64,000 nt of DNA, from NCBI GenBank assembly GCA_022827325.1, contig JAJDTE010000018.1:7410-71409 (forward strand), in the 5' to 3' direction. Shown here in pieces: positions 29,814-39,357 of this stretch. The DNA comes from Gammaproteobacteria bacterium. Its GTDB lineage: Bacteria; Pseudomonadota; Gammaproteobacteria; Arenicellales; Poriferihabitantaceae. The notes under the pieces were generated by a model. It ran no database searches and had not been told where the DNA came from. It saw only the letters and a program-made list of their open reading frames with translations. The position numbers and the translations under genes were made by a program. Position 1 is the stretch's first letter; each line of letters begins with the position of its first letter.

Positions 29814-30311
29814 ATGGCAATACGAATATTCCTGGCCCTCATTGCCGTTGCCGGCATCATGTGGTACCTGGCCTGGTATCACAGGGCCGATCCGGAATCG
29901 CGCCGGCGCTCGCTTCGGACCGTCACACTCTACGGGATCGGCATCGGCTTGCTGGTACTGGTGGTCACGGGACGCATTCCCTGGCTGTTCGCACTGTTCA
30001 GCGCCGCGGTTCCCTGGATCAACCGGGCAATGGCGGCGAGACGGGCCTGGTTCTTTTTCCGGGAGTGGCGCGGGGGGGATCCCGGCGGCGCCGGTGGCGG
30101 GGGCCGCCGGCAGGAGACCGGCAGACCCATCGAAAGCATGACCAGGGAGGAGGCCCTGGAGATTCTCGGCCTGGAGCCCGGCGCCACCCGGGAGGAAGTC
30201 ATCGACGCGCACCGCAAGCTCATGTCCAGGGTCCACCCGGACAAGGGCGGCTCCGACTATCTCGCCCAGAGCATCAACCAGGCACGCAAGATCCTGCTGG
30301 ACGACCGCTGA
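29814..30311 (+). CDS. Membrane-anchored J-domain (DnaJ-like) protein
   Basis: Two N-terminal TM helices. C-terminal J domain EEALEILGLEPGATREEVIDAHRKLMSRVHPDKGGSDYLAQSINQARKILL, with the HPD motif. Confidence 0.85.
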   Translation: MAIRIFLALIAVAGIMWYLAWYHRADPESRRRSLRTVTLYGIGIGLLVLVVTGRIPWLFALFSAAVPWINRAMAARRAWFFFREWRGGDPGGAGGGGRRQETGRPIESMTREEALEILGLEPGATREEVIDAHRKLMSRVHPDKGGSDYLAQSINQARKILLDDR

Positions 30312-30524
30312 GCCTGCGGCTACCGGCCGCCGCCCGCCTCGCCGGATCCGGTGCCAGGAAGCGCCCCGCCGACCCCCGGCATGCGCCCGTGAGCCCCGGG
30401 AAGGGCGTAGGGCCGTCGGTTACAATCCGGGCATCCGCAGCACACGACAAGCGCAATGAGCAAATAAGACCTCGAGAGCGACAGTGCCTTCAGAAGCGAA
30501 TCGCTGCTGGGACGGCACTGGGAA

Positions 30525-31430
30525 ATGACCTACGGGGGAGCCCTGTCGTTCCTGAGGAGAAAATACACCCGTGACATCGATGGCGCGGATATCGTGGTGT
30601 CCGGGGTGCCCTACGACTGCGCGACATCGTTCAGGCCGGGCGCCAGGCTGGGGCCCCGGGCCATCCGCGCCGCATCCGTCCAGCTGGCGGAACTTCCGTC
30701 CTTTCCTTTCGGTTTCGATCCCTTCGATTATGTCGCCGTCGCCGACTACGGGGACTGCTATTTTGATTTCGGATACCCGCATCACGTTGTGGAAAAGATC
30801 GAGGAACACGCGAATACCATCATCGGAAGCGGCGCCATGATGCTGACGTTCGGCGGGGACCACTTCGTCACCTATCCGCTTCTGCGGGCACATGCGCAGA
30901 AGTACGGCCCGATCTCGCTCGTTCATTTTGATGCGCACCCCGACACTTGGGAAGATGACGGCAAGCGACTGGACCATGGATCCATGTTCGCAAGGGCGGC
31001 CGAAGAGGGAATCGTCGATCCCGCCCGGTCGGTACAGGTCGGTATACGTACCTACAACGCGAACCGTTACGGCTACACCGTGCTTGACGCCCCGTGGATT
31101 CACCGGCACGGTGCGGCCAGAACCGTGGAGGAGATCCGGCGGGTCGTCGGCGATCACAACGCCTACCTGACCTTCGACATCGACTGCCTTGACCCATCCT
31201 TTGCACCGGGGACCGGTACACCTGTCGCCGGCGGATTGTCCACAGCCACGGCCCTTGAAATCATCCGGTCCCTGGGGGACCTCGAGATCATCGGCATGGA
31301 CGTGGTGGAAGTCGCGCCGGCCTACGATCTGTCTGAAATCACCGCCATCGCGGCAGCCACTTTGGCCCACGACTTCATTTGCCTGCAGGCAATCAGGAAG
31401 GGCGCGGTGCCTGTTTCGGACACGGGATAG
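30525..31430 (+). CDS. speB: Agmatinase / guanidino-acid hydrolase (arginase family)
   Basis: Motifs GGDH, HFDAHPD, LTFDIDCLDPSFAPGTGTP and MDVVEVAP. Confidence 0.88.
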   Translation: MTYGGALSFLRRKYTRDIDGADIVVSGVPYDCATSFRPGARLGPRAIRAASVQLAELPSFPFGFDPFDYVAVADYGDCYFDFGYPHHVVEKIEEHANTIIGSGAMMLTFGGDHFVTYPLLRAHAQKYGPISLVHFDAHPDTWEDDGKRLDHGSMFARAAEEGIVDPARSVQVGIRTYNANRYGYTVLDAPWIHRHGAARTVEEIRRVVGDHNAYLTFDIDCLDPSFAPGTGTPVAGGLSTATALEIIRSLGDLEIIGMDVVEVAPAYDLSEITAIAAATLAHDFICLQAIRKGAVPVSDTG

Positions 31431-31644
31431 CTTTCCGGTACCGGTCAACACCCCGCAGTGCAGCACGATTCAAGCCGTGACCGCCGCACAGCGTTAAAGC
31501 CGGTTTCTGAAGACAAATCAGCGGATGATGCGTTAAGATATCCCTGAAGCCTCGTTCGTCATCCAGACACAACTTACGGAAGGTACCACTCTGTCCCGGC
31601 CTAACACACACTCCTGGTGCAAGGCCAGCCTCCTGCTCGGCCTA

Positions 31645-32820
31645 TTGCTTGCATTCGCGTGGCCCACCGCCATGAACCTGGCCGGAGCCGGGAACAGCCG
31701 CTACTTCAACATCAGCCCCTCCGCCATCTCGGAACATATCAGCAGCGCTGTGTCACGGCGTGAATATCCGGGGTCCGCGCGGATCAGGGGCGCGGGCCTC
31801 AACGCGGATCTGAACCTGCATTACACCCTGGATAGTGACCTGCAGCGGGAAGCCGAGCGACTGCTGCAGAAATACAACCCGGACTATGCTGTGATCGTTG
31901 CCATGGACCCGGAAAGCGGCCGCGTGCTTGCCATGGCGGACAGCAGCAGGGCGCCGCTGCCGGAGGATTCCCTGGCCCTGCGCAACACCTACCCCGCGGC
32001 CTCGGTGTCGAAGATAGTCACCGCGGTGACCGCCCTCGACCAGGGTGTGGTCGACGTGGACACGGTGATTCCATTCAACGGAAAAACGACCAGCCTGTAC
32101 AAGAAGAACGTCTTCAGGCACAAGGACAACAAATGGACGCGGAAACCCACGTTCAGGGAATCGTTCGCGAAGTCCAACAACACCGTATTCGGGCGCGTGG
32201 GCGCGGTTTCCCTGGGCGGTGAACAGCTGATGGACTATTTCCAGCGGCTGGGGTTCAACATGCGGTTCACTTCGGATTTCCATTTCCCCAACGGTACCGT
32301 TGAACTGGATCCGTCCGATGCGTGGCAGGTTGCGGAAAGCGCCTCCGGGTACACGCGGCGCAATACCCTCTCGCCGCTGCATGCGGCGGCACTGGCCGCC
32401 ACCGCGGTCAACGGCGGAAAAATGATCGCCCCGGTGCTGGTGGACCGCGTGACCGGACCGCAGGGCATCCCGCTGTACGTGTACGAGAATCCCGCGGTGT
32501 CACCGGCCATGCGGCAGGAGACCTCCGACAAGCTCAAGCAGTTGATGACCGCCACGGTAACCATGGGATCGGCCAGGAGATTCTTCCGGGGATTCCACAG
32601 GAAATCCTACAAGGATGTCGTCGTTGGCGGCAAGACCGGCTCCCTCACCGGCACCGACCCGGCCGGCCGCTATGACTGGTTCGCCGGGTTTGCCGAGCAG
32701 GGGCACCGCAAGATCGCCTTCGCGGCCCTTTGCATCAACAAGGAGAAATGGTACGTGCGGTCCGCAAGGCTGTCCCGGGAACTGCTCGAATACTACTTTC
32801 AACCGCCGCAGAACGCCTGA
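31645..32820 (+). CDS. Penicillin-binding transpeptidase-domain protein
   Basis: S-x-x-K (AASVSKIV), SNN and KTGS motifs. The start is uncertain: TTG 31645, with the frame open back to 31537 and no ATG in between. Confidence 0.75.
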   Translation: MLAFAWPTAMNLAGAGNSRYFNISPSAISEHISSAVSRREYPGSARIRGAGLNADLNLHYTLDSDLQREAERLLQKYNPDYAVIVAMDPESGRVLAMADSSRAPLPEDSLALRNTYPAASVSKIVTAVTALDQGVVDVDTVIPFNGKTTSLYKKNVFRHKDNKWTRKPTFRESFAKSNNTVFGRVGAVSLGGEQLMDYFQRLGFNMRFTSDFHFPNGTVELDPSDAWQVAESASGYTRRNTLSPLHAAALAATAVNGGKMIAPVLVDRVTGPQGIPLYVYENPAVSPAMRQETSDKLKQLMTATVTMGSARRFFRGFHRKSYKDVVVGGKTGSLTGTDPAGRYDWFAGFAEQGHRKIAFAALCINKEKWYVRSARLSRELLEYYFQPPQNA

Positions 32821-32842
32821 ATCCGCGCGATTCCCGCACCCC

Positions 32843-33712
32843 ATGAAACAATACCTGGACGCCGTCAGGGAAACCCTGGAATCCGGCACAAGAAAAGAAA
32901 ACCGCACCGGAGTGGACACCCTGTCCACGTTCAATATCAACTACGAGATCGATCTGCGTGAAGGGTTTCCGCTGCTGACCACGAAGGAGATTTCCTGGAA
33001 GAACATCGTCATCGAAAACCTGTGGTTTCTGTCCGGCCGCACCGATATTGCCCTGCTGCGCAAGCACGGCTGCAAATTCTGGGACCCCTGGGCGGACGAG
33101 GAAGGCAAGGTTCCGAGCGCCTACGGCAATTTCTGGCGGCACTTTCCCTTGCCGGACAACGGCACAAATGACCAGATCGCCTATGTTGTCGACACCCTGA
33201 AGAACAACCCCATGAGCCGGCGGATGGCGGTCGCCGCCTGGGCTCCCGGCAACGCGCAATCAAGCGCCCTGCCGCCCTGCCATGCGTTCTGGGTGGTCAA
33301 CGTGCAGAATGACGACGCCGGTAATCCGCATCTTTGCCTGCACCTGACACAAAGAAGCTGCGATATCGCCCTGGGCGTTCCCTACAACATCGCGGGGTAC
33401 TCTCTGCTGGCGGAACTGTTCGCCCGATTCGGCGGCATTCCGGCGGGCATTTTCGGCCATACCCTGATCGATGCGCACATCTACACCGCCCGGGCCGACG
33501 GGAGCATGGCCGAGTACGACCATATTCCCGGCCTGAGAGAGCAGCTCGGGCGGGAACCCCGGGCACTCCCGCAGCTGGAGATCGATGAATCCATCCGTTC
33601 CCTGGACGACATCGAGCCCCTGCTCGATCTCGATACCGGGGAGATCATGGACAAGTTCCGGCTCCACGGCTACCACCCGCATCCCGCCATCAGCTTCAAA
33701 GTGGCGGTCTGA
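32843..33712 (+). CDS. thyA: Thymidylate synthase
   Basis: ATG 32843 gives MKQYLDAVRETLESGTRKENRTGVDTLSTF. The catalytic ALPPCHAFW motif is present. The longer ORF from 32615 would overlap the PBP gene. Confidence 0.93.
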   Translation: MKQYLDAVRETLESGTRKENRTGVDTLSTFNINYEIDLREGFPLLTTKEISWKNIVIENLWFLSGRTDIALLRKHGCKFWDPWADEEGKVPSAYGNFWRHFPLPDNGTNDQIAYVVDTLKNNPMSRRMAVAAWAPGNAQSSALPPCHAFWVVNVQNDDAGNPHLCLHLTQRSCDIALGVPYNIAGYSLLAELFARFGGIPAGIFGHTLIDAHIYTARADGSMAEYDHIPGLREQLGREPRALPQLEIDESIRSLDDIEPLLDLDTGEIMDKFRLHGYHPHPAISFKVAV

Positions 33713-33742
33713 GACGCACCGCCACGGGAAACCCGCAGATTG

Positions 33743-34228
33743 ATGGAAGTCCCCGTCCCCCTGCGCGGTGCCATCGTGGCAATGACCCGGGACCGCGTGA
33801 TCGGCCTGGAAGGCCGCCTGCCATGGCACTACTCCGATGATCTCAGGCGGTTCAAGCGCCGCACCATGGGGTGCGCCATCATCATGGGAAGAAAGACCTG
33901 GGAATCCATCGGTTCCACCGCACTGCCGGGGCGGCGCAACATCGTCGTCACCCGGAAAGGGGTCGGGGGAGTGGAATGCCACGGCAGCCCCGGAGAGGCC
34001 CTCGACGCCTGCGGCGACAGCGATGCGTGGGTCATCGGCGGCGGCCAGGTCTACCGGTCCGCGATGCCGCTGCTCAATCTGCTGGATGTCACCTGGGTGC
34101 CCGACAGAATCGGGGCGCCCGGGGCGGTGACATTCCCCTCCATCGATCCCGATCTCTGGGAAGTGTCCGCCGAGGGGCCTCTGGAAGGCGACTCCGGGCT
34201 CTGGAACACCATCTATCTTCGGCGGTAG
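33743..34228 (+). CDS. folA: Dihydrofolate reductase
   Basis: AMTRDRVIGLEGRLPWH...MGRKTWESIG...LPGRRNIVVTR...VIGGGQVY. Confidence 0.92.
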   Translation: MEVPVPLRGAIVAMTRDRVIGLEGRLPWHYSDDLRRFKRRTMGCAIIMGRKTWESIGSTALPGRRNIVVTRKGVGGVECHGSPGEALDACGDSDAWVIGGGQVYRSAMPLLNLLDVTWVPDRIGAPGAVTFPSIDPDLWEVSAEGPLEGDSGLWNTIYLRR

Positions 34229-34335
34229 GGACACCGAACGGGCGGAATCCTGCCGGCTGTTCCCGGGCCGGGATATCCATGTTTCCCGGACGACTGGGTC
34301 CTCAGGTCACGGCTTCCCCGCTCCGGCCCGGAGCC

Positions 34336-36369
34336 CTACAGCGACTGGCACAGGCGGCGTGCGTCCAGAATGGCGGCATGGATGTTGCGGCTGGCGACCG
34401 CATCACCGACCCGGTACAGCGCCGGTGCACCGTCATGTGGCTGCCGCTTGCCTGACAACAGCGCGCCGTAATCCGTCACGCCATCGTTGACGCTGTGGGG
34501 CCTCAGAGCACCGTAGAGCGCATCGTTGGGCACGGTGCCGTGCTCCACGATCATGTAATCCACCACGCGGTCAATGAATTTTCCCCCGCCGAACTCGTTC
34601 TCGAACACCGCCCGCAGGCGATCCGAATCATGCTCCACGCGCCGCAGACGGTAATCCGGCGTGACGGTTACCCCCTTGTGATGGAATCGCCTCATGTACA
34701 TGGGAAAGTTCGAGGATCCCATCTCGGCGCAGGCACTGCGGTCCGGGGTCACCAGTTCCACCCGCGCCTCCCCTTCTGCGATCTGATCCACGGTGGACGC
34801 GCCCTGGTGCTGTCCGTGGTCATCGTAAACCAGCACATCTCCGGAAACCGGGGTGCCGGACAGAACGTCCCAGGTGCTGAGACAGGCCTCGGCACCCGGA
34901 ACCAGGTGGGTGTCCGGCAGGCCCCCGGTGGCGATGACAATCACATCGGGCGTCTCGGCAAGGACGGTTTCCTCGTCAGCTAGCACATTCCAGTGGACTG
35001 CCACGCCCAGGTGCCCGAGTTCCGCGGCTAGCCAGTCGGTGATGCCCAGAATGTCCCGCCGGACCTCCGCCCTGCCCGCGAGCAGGACCTGTCCGCCCAG
35101 TTCGCCGGAAGCCTCGAACAGGACAACCCGGTGTCCGCGCTCCGCGCAGACCCTGGCGGCCTCCATTCCCGCGGGCCCGCCGCCCACCACGACTACCCTG
35201 CGTCCGGGTTTCCGCGCGCGGGTGATCTGCTGCGGCACCTCGTTCTCCCTGCCGGTGGCCACGTTGTGCGTGCAGACCATGTCCCCTTCGTTGTAGATCC
35301 GGTCGATGCAGTATCCCGCACCCACGCACGGGCGAATACGGGACTCCTGCCCGGATTGCAGCTTGTGGACCAGCCAGGGGTCGGCAATATGTGCCCGGGT
35401 CATGCCCACGAGGTCGAGGATTCCCTCGGATATGGCGTAGCGGGCGGTGGCGAGGTCAAGGATGCGGGTAGCGTGAATCACCGGCAGGTCGAGTTCCCGC
35501 TTGAACAGCCCGACGGTCTGCAGCCATGGAGCCAGCTTCTGGAACATGGCCGGCACCGCGAACCAGCCGAGCTCAAAATCATTGTCGAACCTGCCGACAT
35601 TGAGATTGAAATAGTCCACGCACCCCTGCTCCTGCATCAGGTGCAATGCCTCCAGGGATTCCTCGGGCCTGAGCCCGTCCGCCAGCTTGCTGTCGGTATC
35701 CACCCTGGCGCCCACCACGAAATCATCCCCCGCCGACTCGCGGATCGCCTCCAGGACTTCCAGCATGAACCGGGCCCGGTTCTTCAGGGAGCCGCCATAT
35801 CCGTCCCGTCGATGGTTGGTGTGCGGGGACAGGAACTGGCCCGGCAGGTGCCCGTTCTGCATCACCTCCACGCCGTCCACCCCCCCATCACGGCAACGCC
35901 TGGCAGCGGCGGCATAGTCGCCGACGACCCTGCGGATGTCCCATTCATCCATCTCCTTGGGGAAGCCCCTGTGCGCTGGCTCACGCACCCGGGACGGTGC
36001 CACCAGGGGGAGCCAGTTGCCGGCATTCCAGGTGCTGCGCCGGCCCAGGTGGGAGATCTGGCAAACGGTCCTGGCGCCGTGACCGTGAACCCGGTCGGTC
36101 AGGCTCTTCAGATAGGGAATGATGGCGTCGGTCCCCACATCGAGTTGGCCGAACACCGACGGGGAATCCGGCCCCACACAGGAGGATCCGCCGAACATGG
36201 TCATGCCGATCCCGCCCCTGGCCTTTTCCTCGTGATAGCGCTGGTAGCGCTCCTTCGGCATTCCCTCCTCCGCAAAGGCGGGGGAATGCGGCGTGCTGAC
36301 GATCCGGTTCCTGAGCGTCAGGTGCCGGATGGTGAAAGGCTGCAGCAGCGGATCCTGGGATATTGTCAT
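34336..36369 (-). CDS. OYE-type FMN oxidoreductase fused to an FAD/NAD(P)-binding domain (2,4-dienoyl-CoA reductase / N-methylproline demethylase-like)
   Basis: N-terminus PFTIRHLTLRNRIVSTPH...GGIGM. An internal Cys cluster (RPCVGAGYCIDR). Dinucleotide fold VVVVGGGPAGMEAARVCAERGHRVVLFE. Confidence 0.85.
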   Translation of the reverse strand: MTISQDPLLQPFTIRHLTLRNRIVSTPHSPAFAEEGMPKERYQRYHEEKARGGIGMTMFGGSSCVGPDSPSVFGQLDVGTDAIIPYLKSLTDRVHGHGARTVCQISHLGRRSTWNAGNWLPLVAPSRVREPAHRGFPKEMDEWDIRRVVGDYAAAARRCRDGGVDGVEVMQNGHLPGQFLSPHTNHRRDGYGGSLKNRARFMLEVLEAIRESAGDDFVVGARVDTDSKLADGLRPEESLEALHLMQEQGCVDYFNLNVGRFDNDFELGWFAVPAMFQKLAPWLQTVGLFKRELDLPVIHATRILDLATARYAISEGILDLVGMTRAHIADPWLVHKLQSGQESRIRPCVGAGYCIDRIYNEGDMVCTHNVATGRENEVPQQITRARKPGRRVVVVGGGPAGMEAARVCAERGHRVVLFEASGELGGQVLLAGRAEVRRDILGITDWLAAELGHLGVAVHWNVLADEETVLAETPDVIVIATGGLPDTHLVPGAEACLSTWDVLSGTPVSGDVLVYDDHGQHQGASTVDQIAEGEARVELVTPDRSACAEMGSSNFPMYMRRFHHKGVTVTPDYRLRRVEHDSDRLRAVFENEFGGGKFIDRVVDYMIVEHGTVPNDALYGALRPHSVNDGVTDYGALLSGKRQPHDGAPALYRVGDAVASRNIHAAILDARRLCQSL

Positions 36370-36375
36370 CTTTGT

Positions 36376-36412
36376 TGATTCTTGTCTTTGGCTTGGTTTG
36401 ACTGATTCTTGT
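36376..36412. repeat. Two copies of a 10-bp direct repeat just upstream of the OYE-type gene start
   Basis: tgattcttgt occurs at 36376-36385 and 36403-36412. On the gene's strand this reads ACAAGAATCA-N17-ACAAGAATCA-acaaag-ATG. Confidence 0.6.
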
Positions 36413-36883
36413 TTCCGTATTGCGATGGTACAACCCGGAAGTCAACTGAACCCTCGAACAAGTGTACCCCTTACAGGCGCATGGCGCATTTCTCCGATCC
36501 CGGTCGTTGATGCCGGTGAATCGGATCATCTGGAACCACTGAAACACCTGATTTGCAAAAGCCACATAGCAGAAACTCGATCGTTCTGCAGGTTTGGTGT
36601 TGATTGCTAGACCTGTCGTTGAAGCGTTCTTGCCAAATTTACGCAAGGTATTCGTGATCATAGCCAGGCAAGCAATCTGGAAATCGGAGTGTCGGTGGTA
36701 TACTTGTTTTCAGGCGGCTCCATGTCACGATCATTCCCAGCGATGCCGGCTGGTCGGTAAAGGGGAGCATGCTGTTGCCTGGATCACGCCGTGTCAAACT
36801 TGCGATGCCTCCCGCCAACGAAAAGCGCCTTAGGGGCACCATAATTCCTTCCTGATGCGAGATAACCGGGCAGAACCCTGAAG

Positions 36884-37129
36884 TTGGATGAAAACATGAC
36901 AAGTCATGCAACGCTCCTCGAGCGCATCACGGTCCGGCCCGACGTGTTCGCCGGAAAACCGATTGTGCGAGATATGCGGATCTCCGTAGAGTTGATTCTC
37001 AACCTGATGGCCCAAGGCGTTTCCCAGGAAGAAATACTGGAGGACTATCCGGGCCTGGAACCGGAAGATATCCGCGCATGTACAGCATATGCCGCATGTT
37101 GCATTGCATCAACCGGGAACCGAGATTGA
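36884..37129 (+). CDS. DUF433 domain protein (antitoxin-like)
   Basis: ERITVRPDVFAGKPIVRDMRISVELILNLMAQGVSQEEILEDYPGLEPEDIRACTAYAA, the classic DUF433 pattern. Confidence 0.85.
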   Translation: MDENMTSHATLLERITVRPDVFAGKPIVRDMRISVELILNLMAQGVSQEEILEDYPGLEPEDIRACTAYAACCIASTGNRD

Positions 37130-37135
37130 ACCAAC

Positions 37136-37414
37136 GTGATTCGGAGCTTCCGATGCAGGTACACCGAGCGGCTTGCCAATGGTTATCGGGTGGCCCGATT
37201 CGTCAATATCGAACGTGTGGCGCGGCGCAAGCTCGCGCAACTGGATGCGGCCGCGACGCTGGAGTTTCTGCGGGTGCCACCCGGAAATCGGCTTGAAGCG
37301 TTGAGAGGAGACCGCAGGGGCTGGTACAGTATCCGTATCAACGAGCAGTGGCGTCTATGCTTCCGCTTCGCCAACGGAAACGCTCACGATGCCGAGATTG
37401 TGGATTATCATTGA
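37136..37414 (+). CDS. higB: HigB-type toxin (RelE/ParE superfamily, plasmid maintenance killer)
   Basis: GTG start. MIRSFRCRYTERL...LDAAATLEFLRVPPGNRLEALRGDRRGWYSIRINEQWRLCFRF...EIVDYH. Confidence 0.88.
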   Translation: MIRSFRCRYTERLANGYRVARFVNIERVARRKLAQLDAAATLEFLRVPPGNRLEALRGDRRGWYSIRINEQWRLCFRFANGNAHDAEIVDYH

Positions 37415-37455
37415 CCTGCGCTGATTGAATTATTGTCAATTGAGGAAATTTACTC

Positions 37456-37749
37456 ATGACCCGACTTGCGCCAGTACACCCGGGTGAGGTTCTGAAGCAC
37501 GATTTCATGGAACCGTTTGACTTGTCTGCCCCCGGGCTTGCCAGGGCCATCGGTGTGTCTCCGGCTCGGATCAACGATATCGTTCGCGGCCGCCGTGGGA
37601 TCACAGCGGAAACAGCACTGCGCCTTGCCCGGTACTTCAAGACGGATGCCCGCAGCTGGATGAACCTTCAGGATCGATATGAACTCGAACTTGCAGAACG
37701 GGCCCATGCTGATTCATTGCGCGAGATCCAACCCCGGGAATTTGCCTGA
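37456..37749 (+). CDS. higA: HigA-type antitoxin (XRE HTH)
   Basis: VHPGEVLKHDFMEPFDLSAPGLARAIGVSPARINDIVRGRRGITAETALRLARYF. Confidence 0.9.
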   Translation: MTRLAPVHPGEVLKHDFMEPFDLSAPGLARAIGVSPARINDIVRGRRGITAETALRLARYFKTDARSWMNLQDRYELELAERAHADSLREIQPREFA

Positions 37750-38326
37750 GCTTTCAGCAACTCCCCGCTATTCCCATCTCACCAGTATGAACACGACCTC
37801 AGACAACAGTGGGTTGTGAACCCGAAAAATTGTATGGTTCTGATGTTTTATTTCCCTCCTGGCCAGGAATCAGAACCAAGCCCGAAAACTAAACAAGCGG
37901 TGCCAGAGTAAGGCGTAAGCCGGTATTGGGACCACAACAAGGTTTCAAACGTCCGAATTCCCCCCGTGATTCCTTTCCAGGGGGGCAGTTCACGAATTGC
38001 GGACAACCTCCCCTCATCCCGTTGTTTGTCAACGTGCCGGGGCATTCCCCCCTGTACAGATCGGATGAATTATCAATGGCTCCCCATCTCGGATTGCCGT
38101 GCACCCACTCCAGGAAAATCCGGGATAGAATGCAATTCGCGCGGAATCGTGTTTCCTGTTACGCAGGCGACCAGATCCTGAAGCGATCAACCATCACCTT
38201 TGACCCGTCGACAGTACTGTATGCACCCCCCTGTCCAGAGAATTCACGTCACCATCATGGGACCTGTCTACCTCCCGTTGCAGGGAATTTACCTGCAACC
38301 GTACGGAATCGGCGAGTAGCCCTGTC

Positions 38327-39256
38327 ATGCGTTACACGCTCCGGCAGCTCACATACTTCGTTGCCACCGGCGAGGCGAGCAGTATCCTGAAAGCGTCGGA
38401 GAACATTCACGTCTCCCAGCCCTCGATCTCCAGCGCCATTGCCCATCTCGAGCAGACATTCGGGGTCCAGTTGTTCGTGCGGCATCATGCCCAGGGCATG
38501 ACGCTGACCACTGCCGGCCGGGAACTGTTCCGGGAAGCCAGGGCCCTGCTGGCCCAGGCGGAGCGGCTCGAGGGATACGCCGGTGAACTGGCCGGGAAGG
38601 TGTTCGGCAGCATCGAGGTGGGCTGTTTCAACCCCCTGGCCCCGATCATCACTCCGGAACTCTGCCACGAATTCATGCGCCTTCATCCGGATACGGATAT
38701 CCGGGTACGCGAAGCCCACCAGGCGGAACTGCTGCAGCTGCTGCGGCAGGGAACCATCGACATCGCCCTGACCTATGACCTGCAGCTCCAGGGCGATATC
38801 CAGTTTCTGCCCCTGGCGGGACTGCCCCCGTACGTGCTGCTCGGGGCGGATCACCCCCTGGCTGCGCGGAAATCCCTGGACCTGAAGGATCTGGAAAGGG
38901 AGCCCATGATCCTGCTGGACCTTCCGCTGAGCAGCGAGTATTTCATGTCGCTCTTCCGTGAGCAGGGTCTCAAGCCCATGATACGCGCCCGCACCCACCT
39001 GACGGAGGTCCAGCGGGCCCTCGTCGCCGGCGGCAGGGGGTACAGCCTGGCCAATGTCCGTCCGCTCAACCGCCATGCCCTGGACGGCAAGTCGCTGCGC
39101 TACATCAGGCTCGATGGAGACCATCCAGTCCTGACGCTGGGGATCGCCACCCTCGCCACCACCCAGACCAACCCCGTCCGCAAGGCCTTCATCAGTCACT
39201 GCCGCAACTGCGTCAGCGACCATTCAATACCGGGCATGACCCCGGGCTTTGATTAG
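38327..39256 (+). CDS. LysR-family transcriptional regulator
   Basis: N-terminal wHTH MRYTLRQLTYFVATGEASSILKASENIHVSQPSISSAIAHLE, followed by a LysR substrate-binding domain. Confidence 0.92.
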   Translation: MRYTLRQLTYFVATGEASSILKASENIHVSQPSISSAIAHLEQTFGVQLFVRHHAQGMTLTTAGRELFREARALLAQAERLEGYAGELAGKVFGSIEVGCFNPLAPIITPELCHEFMRLHPDTDIRVREAHQAELLQLLRQGTIDIALTYDLQLQGDIQFLPLAGLPPYVLLGADHPLAARKSLDLKDLEREPMILLDLPLSSEYFMSLFREQGLKPMIRARTHLTEVQRALVAGGRGYSLANVRPLNRHALDGKSLRYIRLDGDHPVLTLGIATLATTQTNPVRKAFISHCRNCVSDHSIPGMTPGFD

Positions 39257-39357
39257 CCGGGACGGATGCACTGAATCGGGAATCGCTATTTACAGTACCA
39301 ACGCGATTCCATCTAATATTGAAGTGCCCCCGTACGGGGCACAATAACCCCACCGAA

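Noticed and set aside
32615-32842. An upstream extension of the thyA ORF that overlaps the 3' end of the PBP gene.
   Set aside because: The canonical ThyA N-terminus MKQYLD... begins at ATG 32843. The extension is Pro/Arg/Ser-rich shadow sequence in another frame of the PBP gene.
37926-38390. A 154-aa ORF (and overlapping ORFs) in the higA-LysR spacer.
   Set aside because: The sequence is Pro/Ser/Arg-rich and not protein-like. It runs into the LysR coding region in a different frame.
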